A DNA stretch of 64,000 nucleotides from the NCBI GenBank assembly GCA_017499595.2, contig CM039007.1, positions 1,612,001 to 1,676,000 of the forward strand, written 5' to 3'. The DNA is from Psilocybe cubensis. Taxonomy: Eukaryota. Positions 35,201-45,252 of the stretch are shown piece after piece. How positions within the stretch are numbered: the stretch's first letter is position 1; every line of letters starts with the position of its first letter. The notes beneath the pieces were generated by a model. The model saw only the letters and a list, made by a program, of their open reading frames with translations, did no database searches and was not told the DNA's origin. A program made the translations under genes and the position numbers.

Positions 35201-38200
35201 CTGTTGGAGCTAGCACGTGCGATGATTATTGCGAAGAATTTACCTCTCTTTCTCTGGGACGAGGCGGTCAATTACGCGAATTATTTACGCAACCGCGCGC
35301 CTACTCGAGCACTCGACGACAAGACACCATATGAAGGCTGGCACAACAAGAAACCGGATGTTTCTCACCTTCGGGAGTTCGGATGCGATGTATGGGTGTT
35401 AGACGAGACGAAGGGGCTTTCGAAGCTCAAGCCACGGTCGAAGAAGATGGTATTCGTTGGTTTTAACGAAGGCTCGAAGTCTGTGCGTTATTACGATCCC
35501 AAATCGCGCACAGTGAAGTCATCGCGAAACGTATCGTTTAACGAAAACGAAACGCCGCAGAACGTCGAAATTCCTGGATTATCGTCTGAGGGGGAGCGTA
35601 ACGAATCGACAGACGTTAAATCCAGCGAAAACGAGCCAGAAACCGTCAAGAACGAACCTATTTCGTCTACAGCATCGATTCCACAGCCCAGCATACGTCG
35701 ATCAGCTCGTGAACACAATTTTGTTGATTACAAGAAGGCAAACAACCCGAATGCTCGTTTACCGACTACACGATCCCAAACGACTCTAAACGCACCACAA
35801 ATCGCTACAAAATCGACCGAGACCTCGAGCGCAAAGTCTACAGCAACGGAGCAAGCAAACATTGTCAAAGAACAGCTGTGGGGCGCGATTTTAGACGATT
35901 CGGAACGTGTCTTTGCCATGCGCGAATTGGACGTACCTCGGACACTTGAAGAAGCTTTGGAAAGCTGTGAGGCAGCTGCGTGGAAGGCAGCTATGGACGA
36001 AGAAATTGAGACGCTTTTACGGATGGGTACTTGGGAGATGATGAAGATTCCGGATGGAAGGAAACTGGTTGGATGCCGTTGGGTCTACGCGAAGAAACGG
36101 GACGAAAACGGGAACGTCATCAAGTACAAGGCCCGACTAGTCGTTCAGGGATGCTCTCAGAGACCTGGTACAGACTACAGCGAGGACGGAACATTCGCAC
36201 CAGTCATGCGATTCGACACGCTACGCTCGCTACTCGCATATTCGGCCGTACACAATCTCAAGATGCGTCAATTCGATATAAAGGGTGCATATTTGCATGG
36301 TTACATCTCGGAGGAGATATATATGGTCCAACCACCCGGTTATGACGATGGCACTGGTCAGGCATGCCGTCTCATTCGTTCGCTTTACGGTCTCAAGCAG
36401 GCAGGAAACGTATGGAACCATGAACTCGATAACGCTCTCACTTCATTCGGTTTTACGAAACTCAAGAGCGATTACTGCTGCTACATCCGTCGAGCTGAAA
36501 ACGGCGATTTTACGATTTTGGTTACCTGGGTGGACGACATAATCAGTTTCTCAACAAACGACTCGCTCAACGACCAGCTGGAGCGAGAATTAGGCTCGAA
36601 ATTCGACGTTAAATCGATGGGTCAGCCCTCGATGATGCTAGGATTCAAGCTCGAGCAAAAGGACCATTACATTTCGCTCTCGCAAGCACACTACATCGAC
36701 AAACTCCTCGAGAAGTTTGGTTTACAAGACGCGAACCCCGTTTCGACGCCTATGGACCCGAACGTGCGATTGGATAAGGATGAAGGTGTTCGGGAGGATG
36801 GAGACGGTCAGGGGGAGGTTAATTCGCGTTTAGGATTCAGTTATGCAACGGTCATCGGCTCGCTCATGTATCTGGCACTCGGAACTCGTCCAGACATCGC
36901 GTTTGCGGTATACAAACTCGCGCAATTCACCAGCAAGCCGAAATCGACTCATTGGACCGCTGTCAAACGTATATTTCGTTATCTGAAGGGCACGCGCAAT
37001 CACAAACTTACTTACGGCGGCGATTCGCAAGTTTTGGACGTAAATCTCAATGTTTATTGCGACGCCGATTGGGCTGAAAACTACGATCGGAAATCAACTA
37101 GCGGATACGTGGTTACGATAGCAGGCGGCGCTGTGGCATGGAGCTCGAAGAAACAGAATACGGTCGCACTTTCAACCGCTGAAGCCGAATACGTTTCCAC
37201 AACGCATGCGGCGAAGCAAGTCTTATGGCACCGCTCACTCTTCACGGAGCTCGGTTTCCACATTCCATCAACGTCAACCATCTTTACCGACAATACGGCA
37301 GCCATTTCGATTGCGCATCATCCAGAATTCCATGCCCGTACGAAGCACATTGACATTGCATTTCATTTCCTACGCGACTTGGTGGAGAAGAAGACGCTCG
37401 ACACGGTTTACATCAACACTTCAAACAATTTGGCAGACGTTTTCACAAAGGCTTTACCTCGCGTTGCACACGATGGTTTCACGTTGCAGTTGGGAGTTTT
37501 GGCCGACTAAGGGGGAGTGTTGGAATGATAGTCGGCGAGCGACTTGGTCGCTAAGTCGTTATCTTCCTCTTGTAGTTTATCTTATCATATTTTTTCTAGA
37601 TTATTCTACTATAGGTTCCGTAGTTACTGTAGGTACAACCGTGTAGCTACGTCGTGAATCTACATCTTTTACCACCACTGCGCATTATACTTACAACACA
37701 ATCTTTGCGAGAGTGTTTATGGGGAGCCTGCCATTTGATAGTGATTTGTTCACCCAAATAGAACGCTAGTTTTCCTGTTGTAGAGCTCGGAACTACCGAT
37801 ACGTGGTATTTGGAGGTGTCATATGATGAAATGTCATTTGCAACACGACTAAATGACAGAATAAAAGACAGCGAAGCGTGAGCAAGGAGGGGCGACTCGC
37901 GGCTGAAGAAAGGAGCGAATACACTCACGTGATCACCAACTTCTCTCGCGATTGGCGAAGAAGGATCTTCGTGTCCTGAACAACTTCCGAGAGTCTTGGC
38001 GCTGCTACAAGATAGAGAGCAACCCGGGGATAGGGAGAGGAGAAGGCAGTTCGGCAACGGTCAGTTATGTCACTTGTCTGTTTCGCAAAGCGCAATAAGG
38101 TTTTACACTCACATCTGGCCAGGAAATCCTCAACAGCATCCGCAGTCTCCTCGTAGACCTTGTCAAAGGTGCCAATGACTTCTCTCGCGACCCTCTTCAA

Positions 38201-41190
38201 TTCTGGAGCGTGCCTTCCCGCACGAGACTCGAGTAATTTCGCGTTTTTGCTAGCGACATTCTTCATAACTTTGACAAACCCTGCATCTTTGCGGAGGGAA
38301 TCCCCATAAAGTTTGCGCATATGTGGACTGAAGACGGTTCAGATTTGTCAGTAATCGTGAGAAGACATCTATAACGGGCACGACATACTGTTCCACGCTG
38401 CTAAGGAACCACCAGTTGGCAAGATGGCGAATTACGGCCAGCGCCAGTACCAATTTACTACCACTGATCAGTGCTAGTCCAAAGTAGCCAGCTCCTCCCA
38501 TGGCTTCGGGATTGTTCAGATACCTGACCGATAGCGACAAAAAAGATTAAGTCGATCGGATTGCGGGTATCGGCAGGAGGACTAACCGGTAAATGCCTGT
38601 ATATTCGAGGTGTGCAGGGAATTCTTCCATAAAGAAGTCACCAAAAAACCACCCTGGAAACATAACATAATCACATCAATCGAATAAAGTGGGGAGCTTG
38701 AACATAAAACTCCAACACACCGAAAATACCCAGCACTTCGTAAGACTCCATTGTTGCCCAGACATGTAGAGCAATGAGAATCTAGAATGATCAATCAGAA
38801 GGATTGAAACTTGACCGGGTGGGGAAGGAAATGGGCAAAACGTACAGCGCCGATGGTGTGTCGAAGAAGTTCATTGCCAACAGTCCAATTGTATGGCACG
38901 CTGTAAGCCTTCCAAGCGACGCCAATGCAAGAAACTGGCAACTCATATTTAGGACCATACACGATGATTTTAAAAAAATAGCATACGGACCGTAGGTCAT
39001 ACACATGCTCAGATTGTAAATAGCCTTCCAGTTGGAAAATGCTTCGATAACGGCGACTTGACCCCCATCTTGCTGAGCGTAATCGTAATGATAGTTCTTG
39101 AGATAATGCCTGACGAGAAATTTACTCTCACTTTGTGCACGTAGGAGCAACCCAAGTCCAAAGTAGTGAAGACAACACCACGCCAGTGCATGCACAAAAT
39201 GAAGGATCAGGGAGCTCTTGGGGGACAGGTCTGGTAAAAAGGAAATAGCCAGTCCATACATCATAATCAAGACAAGCATGGCGTCTGTAGCTCTATAATC
39301 GTCCGCAAAACAGTAAGTTACCGACGTCTGGTCTTACAGCAACGCGTGGTGCCTTACCTTAAAAGGTCTACGTTTCGTAAAACCACTGCATCGCGCCTGA
39401 AATACTTGTTGAGAAGGTCGTGCTGGGACAGCACTTTCCTTCTCTGCGAGGCGACGGTATTGATGCTCCTCGGGCTAGAGGCCATATTCAGACTGATGCT
39501 CTCAGAATCACCATTTGATGATGAGATAGTGCTGTCGATGGAATAGTTGGGCATGTGCCGCGACAGTTTAGGTGCTTTGGGTTTATTCGGGAAGTTTTGG
39601 GCCTTCGCGGCTGCCAAAGGCAACATCTCGTCATCCATCTCTGTCTCTGTCTCCAGATCCGTCTCCGTGGCAGTCTCAGCCTCGGTAATTGCAGGAGTTG
39701 ATAGATAAGAGCTACTTTGCGCAACAGGTGTGCCGTTGGTCGATGGCGCGATGCTCGACCCTTCAGTGATTTTGGAATGATCGGATGGGAAAAGTGGGGT
39801 TCGTTTGGCAATCGCCTTGCGTTTGCCGTAAAGTCGTTCAATGTCTGTGAAAGCAATATGCCGTTCGTCTATTTTCGACCAAAAAAAAAACTTTTGGAGC
39901 TTACGTGGGTTCTCAAACAGAACAAGGAAAGCAAACTGGGCAGCATGGCCAGCCAAACTGACAAACAACACCGCATAACTTCCGGAGATGAGGGAAAGAC
40001 CGTAGTAGCCAGCATAGCCTGTCAAAGGAAATGAATAAGGGGGAGAACAATTGGCCCGATTAGATTTTATTTTGCTCTCTCCGCTTAAAAATGTCAAAAC
40101 ACACTCACCGACAGAGTACATGGGGTGAGGCGCCAATTCAAATACACCATCAAAGACTAATGCCCCACGCTGGAAGAAACAGTCACCCCAATACCAGCCA
40201 TAATCCTTGACTACATTGTGGGCCTCGGTCTTAACCCATAGATTGAATGCGATCAATGCAATGCCACCGACCCATCTATTGATTTGAAGTATCAAAAGTT
40301 GCACATGGATAGGATCATAAGTAAATGTACCTCATAATATGAACAATTACTGATAAGTCTTCTGGGACCCGGAAACATGAGAAGGCAAACATGCAATAGG
40401 ACAGAAAATCACTTCATAAGGACAGATGGGATCAGCATGATAATACATAGAGATTGAAGATGAGGTGTGACAAGGGAAAGAAAAGACATACTTGACCAAG
40501 ATTACATCCACAGCCTGACGAAACAAAAGCCAAGTGTTATATTCCAAAGGTAATTCCTGGATAAGAGCAGTGTCATGTCAGCGCCTGGGCGGCCAATGTT
40601 CAGTGATGATCAAATCCCAACTTACATCGAATGAGTAATCCTTGCCCATTTTATCGACAAGTTGTTTCTTGATCCAGTTCCTGACAGCAGGTCGCCTTTT
40701 CTCATCAAGCCATCCGCGTCTTTGAACTTCCCTTTCGATCCATTTCTTCTTACTTTGTTTGGTAAGAACCCAACCAAGGCCAGCGTCATATGCTGCGCGC
40801 CAGAACGCGAAGTAAAAGAAAAAGAAAATCTGAGCAGCCTTGCGAGAGAGGGCAAAATAGATGACAATCTGGAGGCCCAGAAGTCCCAGGTTCAAAAGAT
40901 CAAGATGGCTTTTAGGATAACCAGGATGGAACAGGGTGGTTAACACGTCATGAGTTGTTGGAACACGAAAGACTAGAATAGTCGCGTCAATTCAATCGAT
41001 AGTTGGTAAGATCATGATATCCAACGAACTTGCCTTCGCCTGAGGGCGTTTTCCCCCATACTATTTCTTCCTTCGGTGCATCTGATGTATGATCAACATC
41101 CGGAGTCGCTGACTTAACAGTTGCTGACCCCGACTCTCCTTTCTCGAAAACATTCTTCCTCTGACGCAAAAAGCCTTCAGACGACGGCAT
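32213..41190 (-). CDS. CHO2: Phosphatidylethanolamine N-methyltransferase, with a 3' coding exon interrupted by an LTR retrotransposon
   Basis: [97 protein letters not shown]. The motif RKDWIGLYR is split by the element at 33065-37698; downstream exons (to 32213) remain in frame. Confidence 0.93.
33065..33245 (+). repeat. 5' LTR (181 bp)
   Basis: TGTTGGAATG...TTACAACA; identical by eye to the 3' LTR. Confidence 0.97.
33341..37510 (+). CDS. Copia Gag-Pol polyprotein (1389 aa)
   Basis: Zn knuckle [14 protein letters not shown]; protease [17 protein letters not shown]...CEAC; integrase [47 protein letters not shown]; RNase H CDADWA, RTKHID; PR-IN-RT-RH order is copia-type. Confidence 0.98.
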   Translation: MADSTTAEVNIGGYRIDTLKAHNWMPWKRRMLAVLVDLGLEKYVDGTSLRPGSAKPNAPTAEEIAAQTAWDKGDAKARCRIELALSDAEMVHVLGARTAREMWTQLCTVKESKGRLGVLATRRALFRATAEEGCDMAEHIAKLRQFQEELHIMGSIVSDEDFVMILLTSLPESWENYASSFLGSSGNRPTLTSQELVGVLLEEARRRKERGGDGAGGTTLQVRGGQGSSDGKGNGSRDGSGGKECYNCHKMGHISKDCWAKGGGREGKGPRGRKTKNRGRTNQAREDVNTTLNDEVAYHTYSTSNFSRYDWLYDSATTSHVCPVREAFIEYTPLVNSSVRGVGKSPAIIAGRGTVILNFDVDGQTITHRLKDVLHIPEAENALMSLGRFERDGRSSSFKNGKVLLMDAKDKVIGKGSKRGQMYILHARAQLNSGEQVNYVSPKLTWDQWHRRFGHISVSSLQKLVRNDLVVGLSVDETSIPSPSCEACIQAKQTHKPFPGEAENRSTVPGERTMSDVWGPIGTRSVNGFYYYITFMDDAKRYNGVVFLKDKKEAAKAIENHGERVKRRFGQYPRYIRMDNGKELVNERIKKWAAERGIEIETTAPYSPSQNGVAERYNRTLLELARAMIIAKNLPLFLWDEAVNYANYLRNRAPTRALDDKTPYEGWHNKKPDVSHLREFGCDVWVLDETKGLSKLKPRSKKMVFVGFNEGSKSVRYYDPKSRTVKSSRNVSFNENETPQNVEIPGLSSEGERNESTDVKSSENEPETVKNEPISSTASIPQPSIRRSAREHNFVDYKKANNPNARLPTTRSQTTLNAPQIATKSTETSSAKSTATEQANIVKEQLWGAILDDSERVFAMRELDVPRTLEEALESCEAAAWKAAMDEEIETLLRMGTWEMMKIPDGRKLVGCRWVYAKKRDENGNVIKYKARLVVQGCSQRPGTDYSEDGTFAPVMRFDTLRSLLAYSAVHNLKMRQFDIKGAYLHGYISEEIYMVQPPGYDDGTGQACRLIRSLYGLKQAGNVWNHELDNALTSFGFTKLKSDYCCYIRRAENGDFTILVTWVDDIISFSTNDSLNDQLERELGSKFDVKSMGQPSMMLGFKLEQKDHYISLSQAHYIDKLLEKFGLQDANPVSTPMDPNVRLDKDEGVREDGDGQGEVNSRLGFSYATVIGSLMYLALGTRPDIAFAVYKLAQFTSKPKSTHWTAVKRIFRYLKGTRNHKLTYGGDSQVLDVNLNVYCDADWAENYDRKSTSGYVVTIAGGAVAWSSKKQNTVALSTAEAEYVSTTHAAKQVLWHRSLFTELGFHIPSTSTIFTDNTAAISIAHHPEFHARTKHIDIAFHFLRDLVEKKTLDTVYINTSNNLADVFTKALPRVAHDGFTLQLGVLAD
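37518..37698 (+). repeat. 3' LTR (181 bp)
   Basis: Direct repeat of 33065-33245, followed by TSD CAATC. Confidence 0.97.
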
Positions 41191-43696
41191 TTTGTTGTTG
41201 GACGTCGTGCACTAAGAAGAATCGACGTGGCTCACAGCGTGCGCCTCGCTTAACGATAGCAAAAAATGAAATTTACGTGCGCCCCCTGTCGGACCCTGCC
41301 ACAATTCAACGAAAACACGCGATATTTACTCACACGAAGGCTGTAGGCAAACACAACCAAGTAAGATTCGGTCCGGTGTAGCCTTTGGGGACTGGTTAGA
41401 CGAGCAAGGTGCATTGTACTATGTAGTCGTCTTCAACAACCTTAATAGGAGCAAATTGTTTTCATTGGACATAAGAAGAATCCATGGTTGCATTAGTGAA
41501 GCGCCAGTGAGCCATCCTCTGATTCAGAACTGACTTGGAGTGATTCAGTTCCACCTACGAACGACCTGCCCTAAATATACATTATATAAATATTTAATTT
41601 TTCCCACCCTGTCAAACTTCTCATCACTTCGGCCACCTTCGACTTCTCGACATATCGCCTTCCATTCAATTTTGTTCTGTTGCCCGAGGCTTGCGAAAAT
41701 CATCAGCACTGAGTTCTATTCCTCTACTTTTTCAGTCTGAACCCGACTGTGTCGTTCGCAAATACACCCTGGTAACTCGAGGCTCGATTCACACCCATAC
41801 CGAGTACGAGAGTCGTTAAAAGATAAGGGGGAGAACATAGGGTATTTATTTCGGCCGTTCCCTTGTTGGTAGGCATCGACCTTACGAGATATCCAAAATA
41901 TCAATACATCTTTCATTTCTTGCGAATCTGTGATATACCTGAGTGCTTGCCTTTACTGTAAATCGCTTACCAAGTCATTGGCAGGTTCAATTCATCTGAT
42001 TTGGGCATTTCATCAGCCACAGATTTTTTCCAACTTTGTTCAAACGTTTGGCAAGCTATCCGTGATACTTGTTATGCAGGGCTATGAACTTCTGAGGACA
42101 TCATCCTTACGAGCAAGAGATTTCCGCTCCTACCGTATCATGGCGGAGCTTGGCAGTGAGATCAACTCGTAGCTTTACGCGTCGGGTCTGAGCATGTAGC
42201 AGTCCGTAGCTCATACAATTCGGTTTTATATCATGCCCAGTGTGGCCTGCGCTATTTTAAAATGAACGATGGACACACATCCTTTTTTAGGTTCATATGC
42301 CGGATTCACTCACAACGTGGATTTTGACCTGTTCAGACACTCCGGCTCCGAATGTGACCGGCCACGCTCTCGGAGGATTCTCAACTTACTTTATGCATCA
42401 GGTTTGCGATATTGTCCCTATTCAGTTCGGTCAAGTAACCGCATTCTCAGGGATGGGTACGTCGCCTGAGCGTCACCGTTTTCAGCTCCGTTAGTCGGTG
42501 TTCGTGATGACGAGGGCCACTACAGCACCAAACTTTGGGGATCCTTGGAGTAAGTGCGGGAGACACAGATTGAAGATTTACTTGCTAGCGACCAACTAGG
42601 GACCACAGCGCCGATATAATCACGCCACTGCGGTTAAAGCTTTTACGACATAACACGCCAGCGACTAAATAGCTATATCTCGCTTGACCCGCAGCAAACT
42701 GCGCTCTTGGCGTCCACCAAACCTCCAAGTAGACGCCTAAGTCACTAGCGCCGACAGGTACCAACAGGTTAAAAATAGAACTACCATTCAAATGTACATA
42801 CGGGAGTAAATGAAACCAGGAGCCGCGCAAAGCCATGGAGCAATTGCGAAAGGATTAAACACCAGATAGATTGAACCCTGCTCAGCGTCAGTGTCATGGT
42901 AAGAAATACGTTAAGTTATCGGGACAAGTACGTTATCCCATGTGCTCAGCCTCAAGGCTGGGGCATTCTGACGTTAGGGAAAAATAGATGGTCCTCACGA
43001 ATCACAGTCAACCGCATATTTTTCTTGCTGATAAAGAAATCGAGATTTTTTAAATTATATGTGCCATTGTAATGATTTCAGAATCTACAACTTCATAGGC
43101 ATGGAGTTCGAATAAAAATTCTTTCGACCAATAACTTAGGACTTATCAAATGTTACTGAAATGATTTGCCCAATTTTGAACAACGAACGCTCAGCAATCA
43201 CAGTCACATTTATTTGACAGAGTATTCAAGGACAAAGAACACAGAAAACTAATATATACAAGAAAAAGAAACGGGATTGACTGAAAGGAAAAGAGACCGC
43301 GATGGGAATGAAATTATAATCGCACTTGGATCAAGGGAACAAGTTTACTCGTCGCATGGAAAGAGATTTGTGGAGAGAACCGATATGTGTACTTTATGCG
43401 CGGAGGAAAATGCATGAATCGTGATGATCCCTTGCAAGCAAGAAAGGGAATAAGAAAAGCGTACGATAGAAGAAAAAAGAGACGAGAGAGAGAATTCAGA
43501 TTGGTACAATCGATCTCGACGTGGGGAGACCTAGGCGAAAAGTAGGACAAGCTCGATGAAGTATAGGAATACAAAGCTCGAAGACTTGGGACCAGAAAAA
43601 TAAGCATATAAGAAACAGGACAGTGAAGAAAAGAAGAATGAGTACGATAAAGGAGAGTGTAACAAACCCTCAGCCTTAACATCGATGCGTCATAGT

Positions 43697-45252
43697 TCAC
43701 TCGGTTCTTTGTCGCTTGCCGTCGCGTTCGCCCTCGGCATTGGCGGTGCTGCTTTCAGTGGCGGCGGTGGCGGCCTCTGCTCCATCGGTACTCCTCCTCT
43801 TAGTACCTGCAGCACTCTCATCTTTCGAGGCCGGGGCCGAGCCAGCATTCACGCCGTTCATATTTCTCAACACTTCGAGCTCGGCCTCGAGTCTTGTGCG
43901 CGCCATACGCTCTTCTTCCCACAGACGCTTGACCTCTTCGAGTTGCGCCTGCAGGTCACCCATGGCCTGGTCCATGAGAAGCTTCTCAAGGGTCCACTTC
44001 TCGATATTGCGAGCTTCGTTCTCTTTCAAATGATGGATGTACTGCACAGCTCGAGAAAGGATGGCGCCTTTGGCCTTCTCGCCAGACCCACTGGGTACAA
44101 TGCGGCCAAGCTCGTTGATGCCCTCGTTGATATTGCCGCGGCGTCGACGCTCAACCTCTTTCTACATTGACCGAATTTTAGTTAGAAAGCTGCAAAGTCG
44201 ATAGATTAAAATTACAAACATGATTATCCTTCCTCTGTCTGCTCCATTCGTCACTTCCCATGGTGGCGCTGCGTCCACCACGGCGACCAGTTGTAGGAGC
44301 AGGAGCAGGTGGGGGAACGAATTCTGCATTGTCACCATCCTTTCCGGAGGTACTTGCACTCGCATTGCCAGCCTGCTCGCCATCGTTGCGGTTCGTTTGC
44401 TGGTCTGGATGCTGAATTGGAGCGGGGGCGGCTTGCATTGCCACAGCACTCAGTTGGCCAAGGTTGGGAGGGCCGCGGGGATGTGTGGACGGGCCTGGGT
44501 CGTTAATTCCTGGCAGACCTCCTGGGCCGCCAGCTTGGTAGTGAAGGGGTAATTGTTGTCCATACGGTTGAGCTTGGGCAAGGTTGGACAGCGTTTGAGC
44601 AGCATCCTCTTTGTTGCCTTGGCCTTGGTCGGGTATCTGAGAAAGAAATTGACCATTACGTCAATAAGATTCTCCCGAAATTTAGCAGAATACCGGATGG
44701 GATTTAGAACTATGTCCAGGGTCGAGGAAAGGAAAAACTGAAACCAACGAGAAACCGGGCCTTGAAAAAAAATGAAAAGTTGAAAAAATCTACAGAGGCT
44801 TTACGGGCGACATCTTGGGAAGGCATCCAAGGTGCACCTGCACAGTAGACCTTGTTGCCTCCCCCCTTCTCCCCGTGACTGACCCAGACGCGCTCGTGCT
44901 CTGCGTCGCGACAGTCACGTGTAGGTTAATTAACCAGAAAGCCCGCAACATGCCTTCCATCCCAAAACCACAACAATCGATAACGCGGACAGCATCGCGG
45001 CAAAAGAAATGCAGAAAGAAGGTCCGGCACACATCATTAAGGGAAGTGGATGCTTACTTTACCGCCCGAGAACATGCCAGGCAATGAACGAAGAAGGTTC
45101 ATGATCTGGGACTGATCGAGTCCGCTGAGCTGCATTCCAGCAATGTCTCCTGAGGCGTTTGGAGGAGCATTTGCAGGAGCTGGAGCACCTGGAGCAGGAG
45201 GGGCTCCGTGGGACAAGGCAGGATCGTGAGTTGCGGGTGTTGCGGGTGCCAT
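43697..45252 (-). CDS. psiR: bHLH(-zip) transcription factor of the psilocybin locus (Cbf1-like), 3 exons
   Basis: MAPATPATHDPALSHG...; bHLH RKDNHKEVERRRRGNINEGINELGRIVP...KAKGAILSRAVQYIHHLKENEARNIEKWTLEKLLMDQA; exons ~45058-45252, 44220-44636, 43697-44161. Confidence 0.93.
44914..44921 (+). promoter_or_regulatory. Cbf1/CDEI-type E-box GTCACGTG in psiR intron 1
   Basis: Exact RTCACGTG match inside the 421-bp intron 44637-45057. Confidence 0.4.

Larger units (their letters stand above)
33065..37698 (+). mobile_element. Full-length Ty1/copia LTR retrotransposon
   Basis: TG...CA LTRs at 33065-33245 and 37518-37698; 5-bp TSD CAATC (33060-33064, 37699-37703); PBS GGTTATGGGCCC after the 5' LTR; PPT AAGGGGGAG before the 3' LTR; single gag-pol ORF. 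Confidence 0.98.

Noticed and set aside
33366-37646. Many alternative-frame and antisense ORFs overlapping the copia ORF
   Set aside because: By-products of a GC-rich coding region; no domain features.
37925-37932. TCACGTGA E-box within CHO2
   Set aside because: It is formed by an exon end plus the GTGAGT splice donor, so splicing constraints explain it.
41818-41836. Polypurine tract AAAGATAAGGGGGAGAA resembling a copia PPT
   Set aside because: Not followed by a TG-starting LTR and not preceded by RNase H coding sequence.
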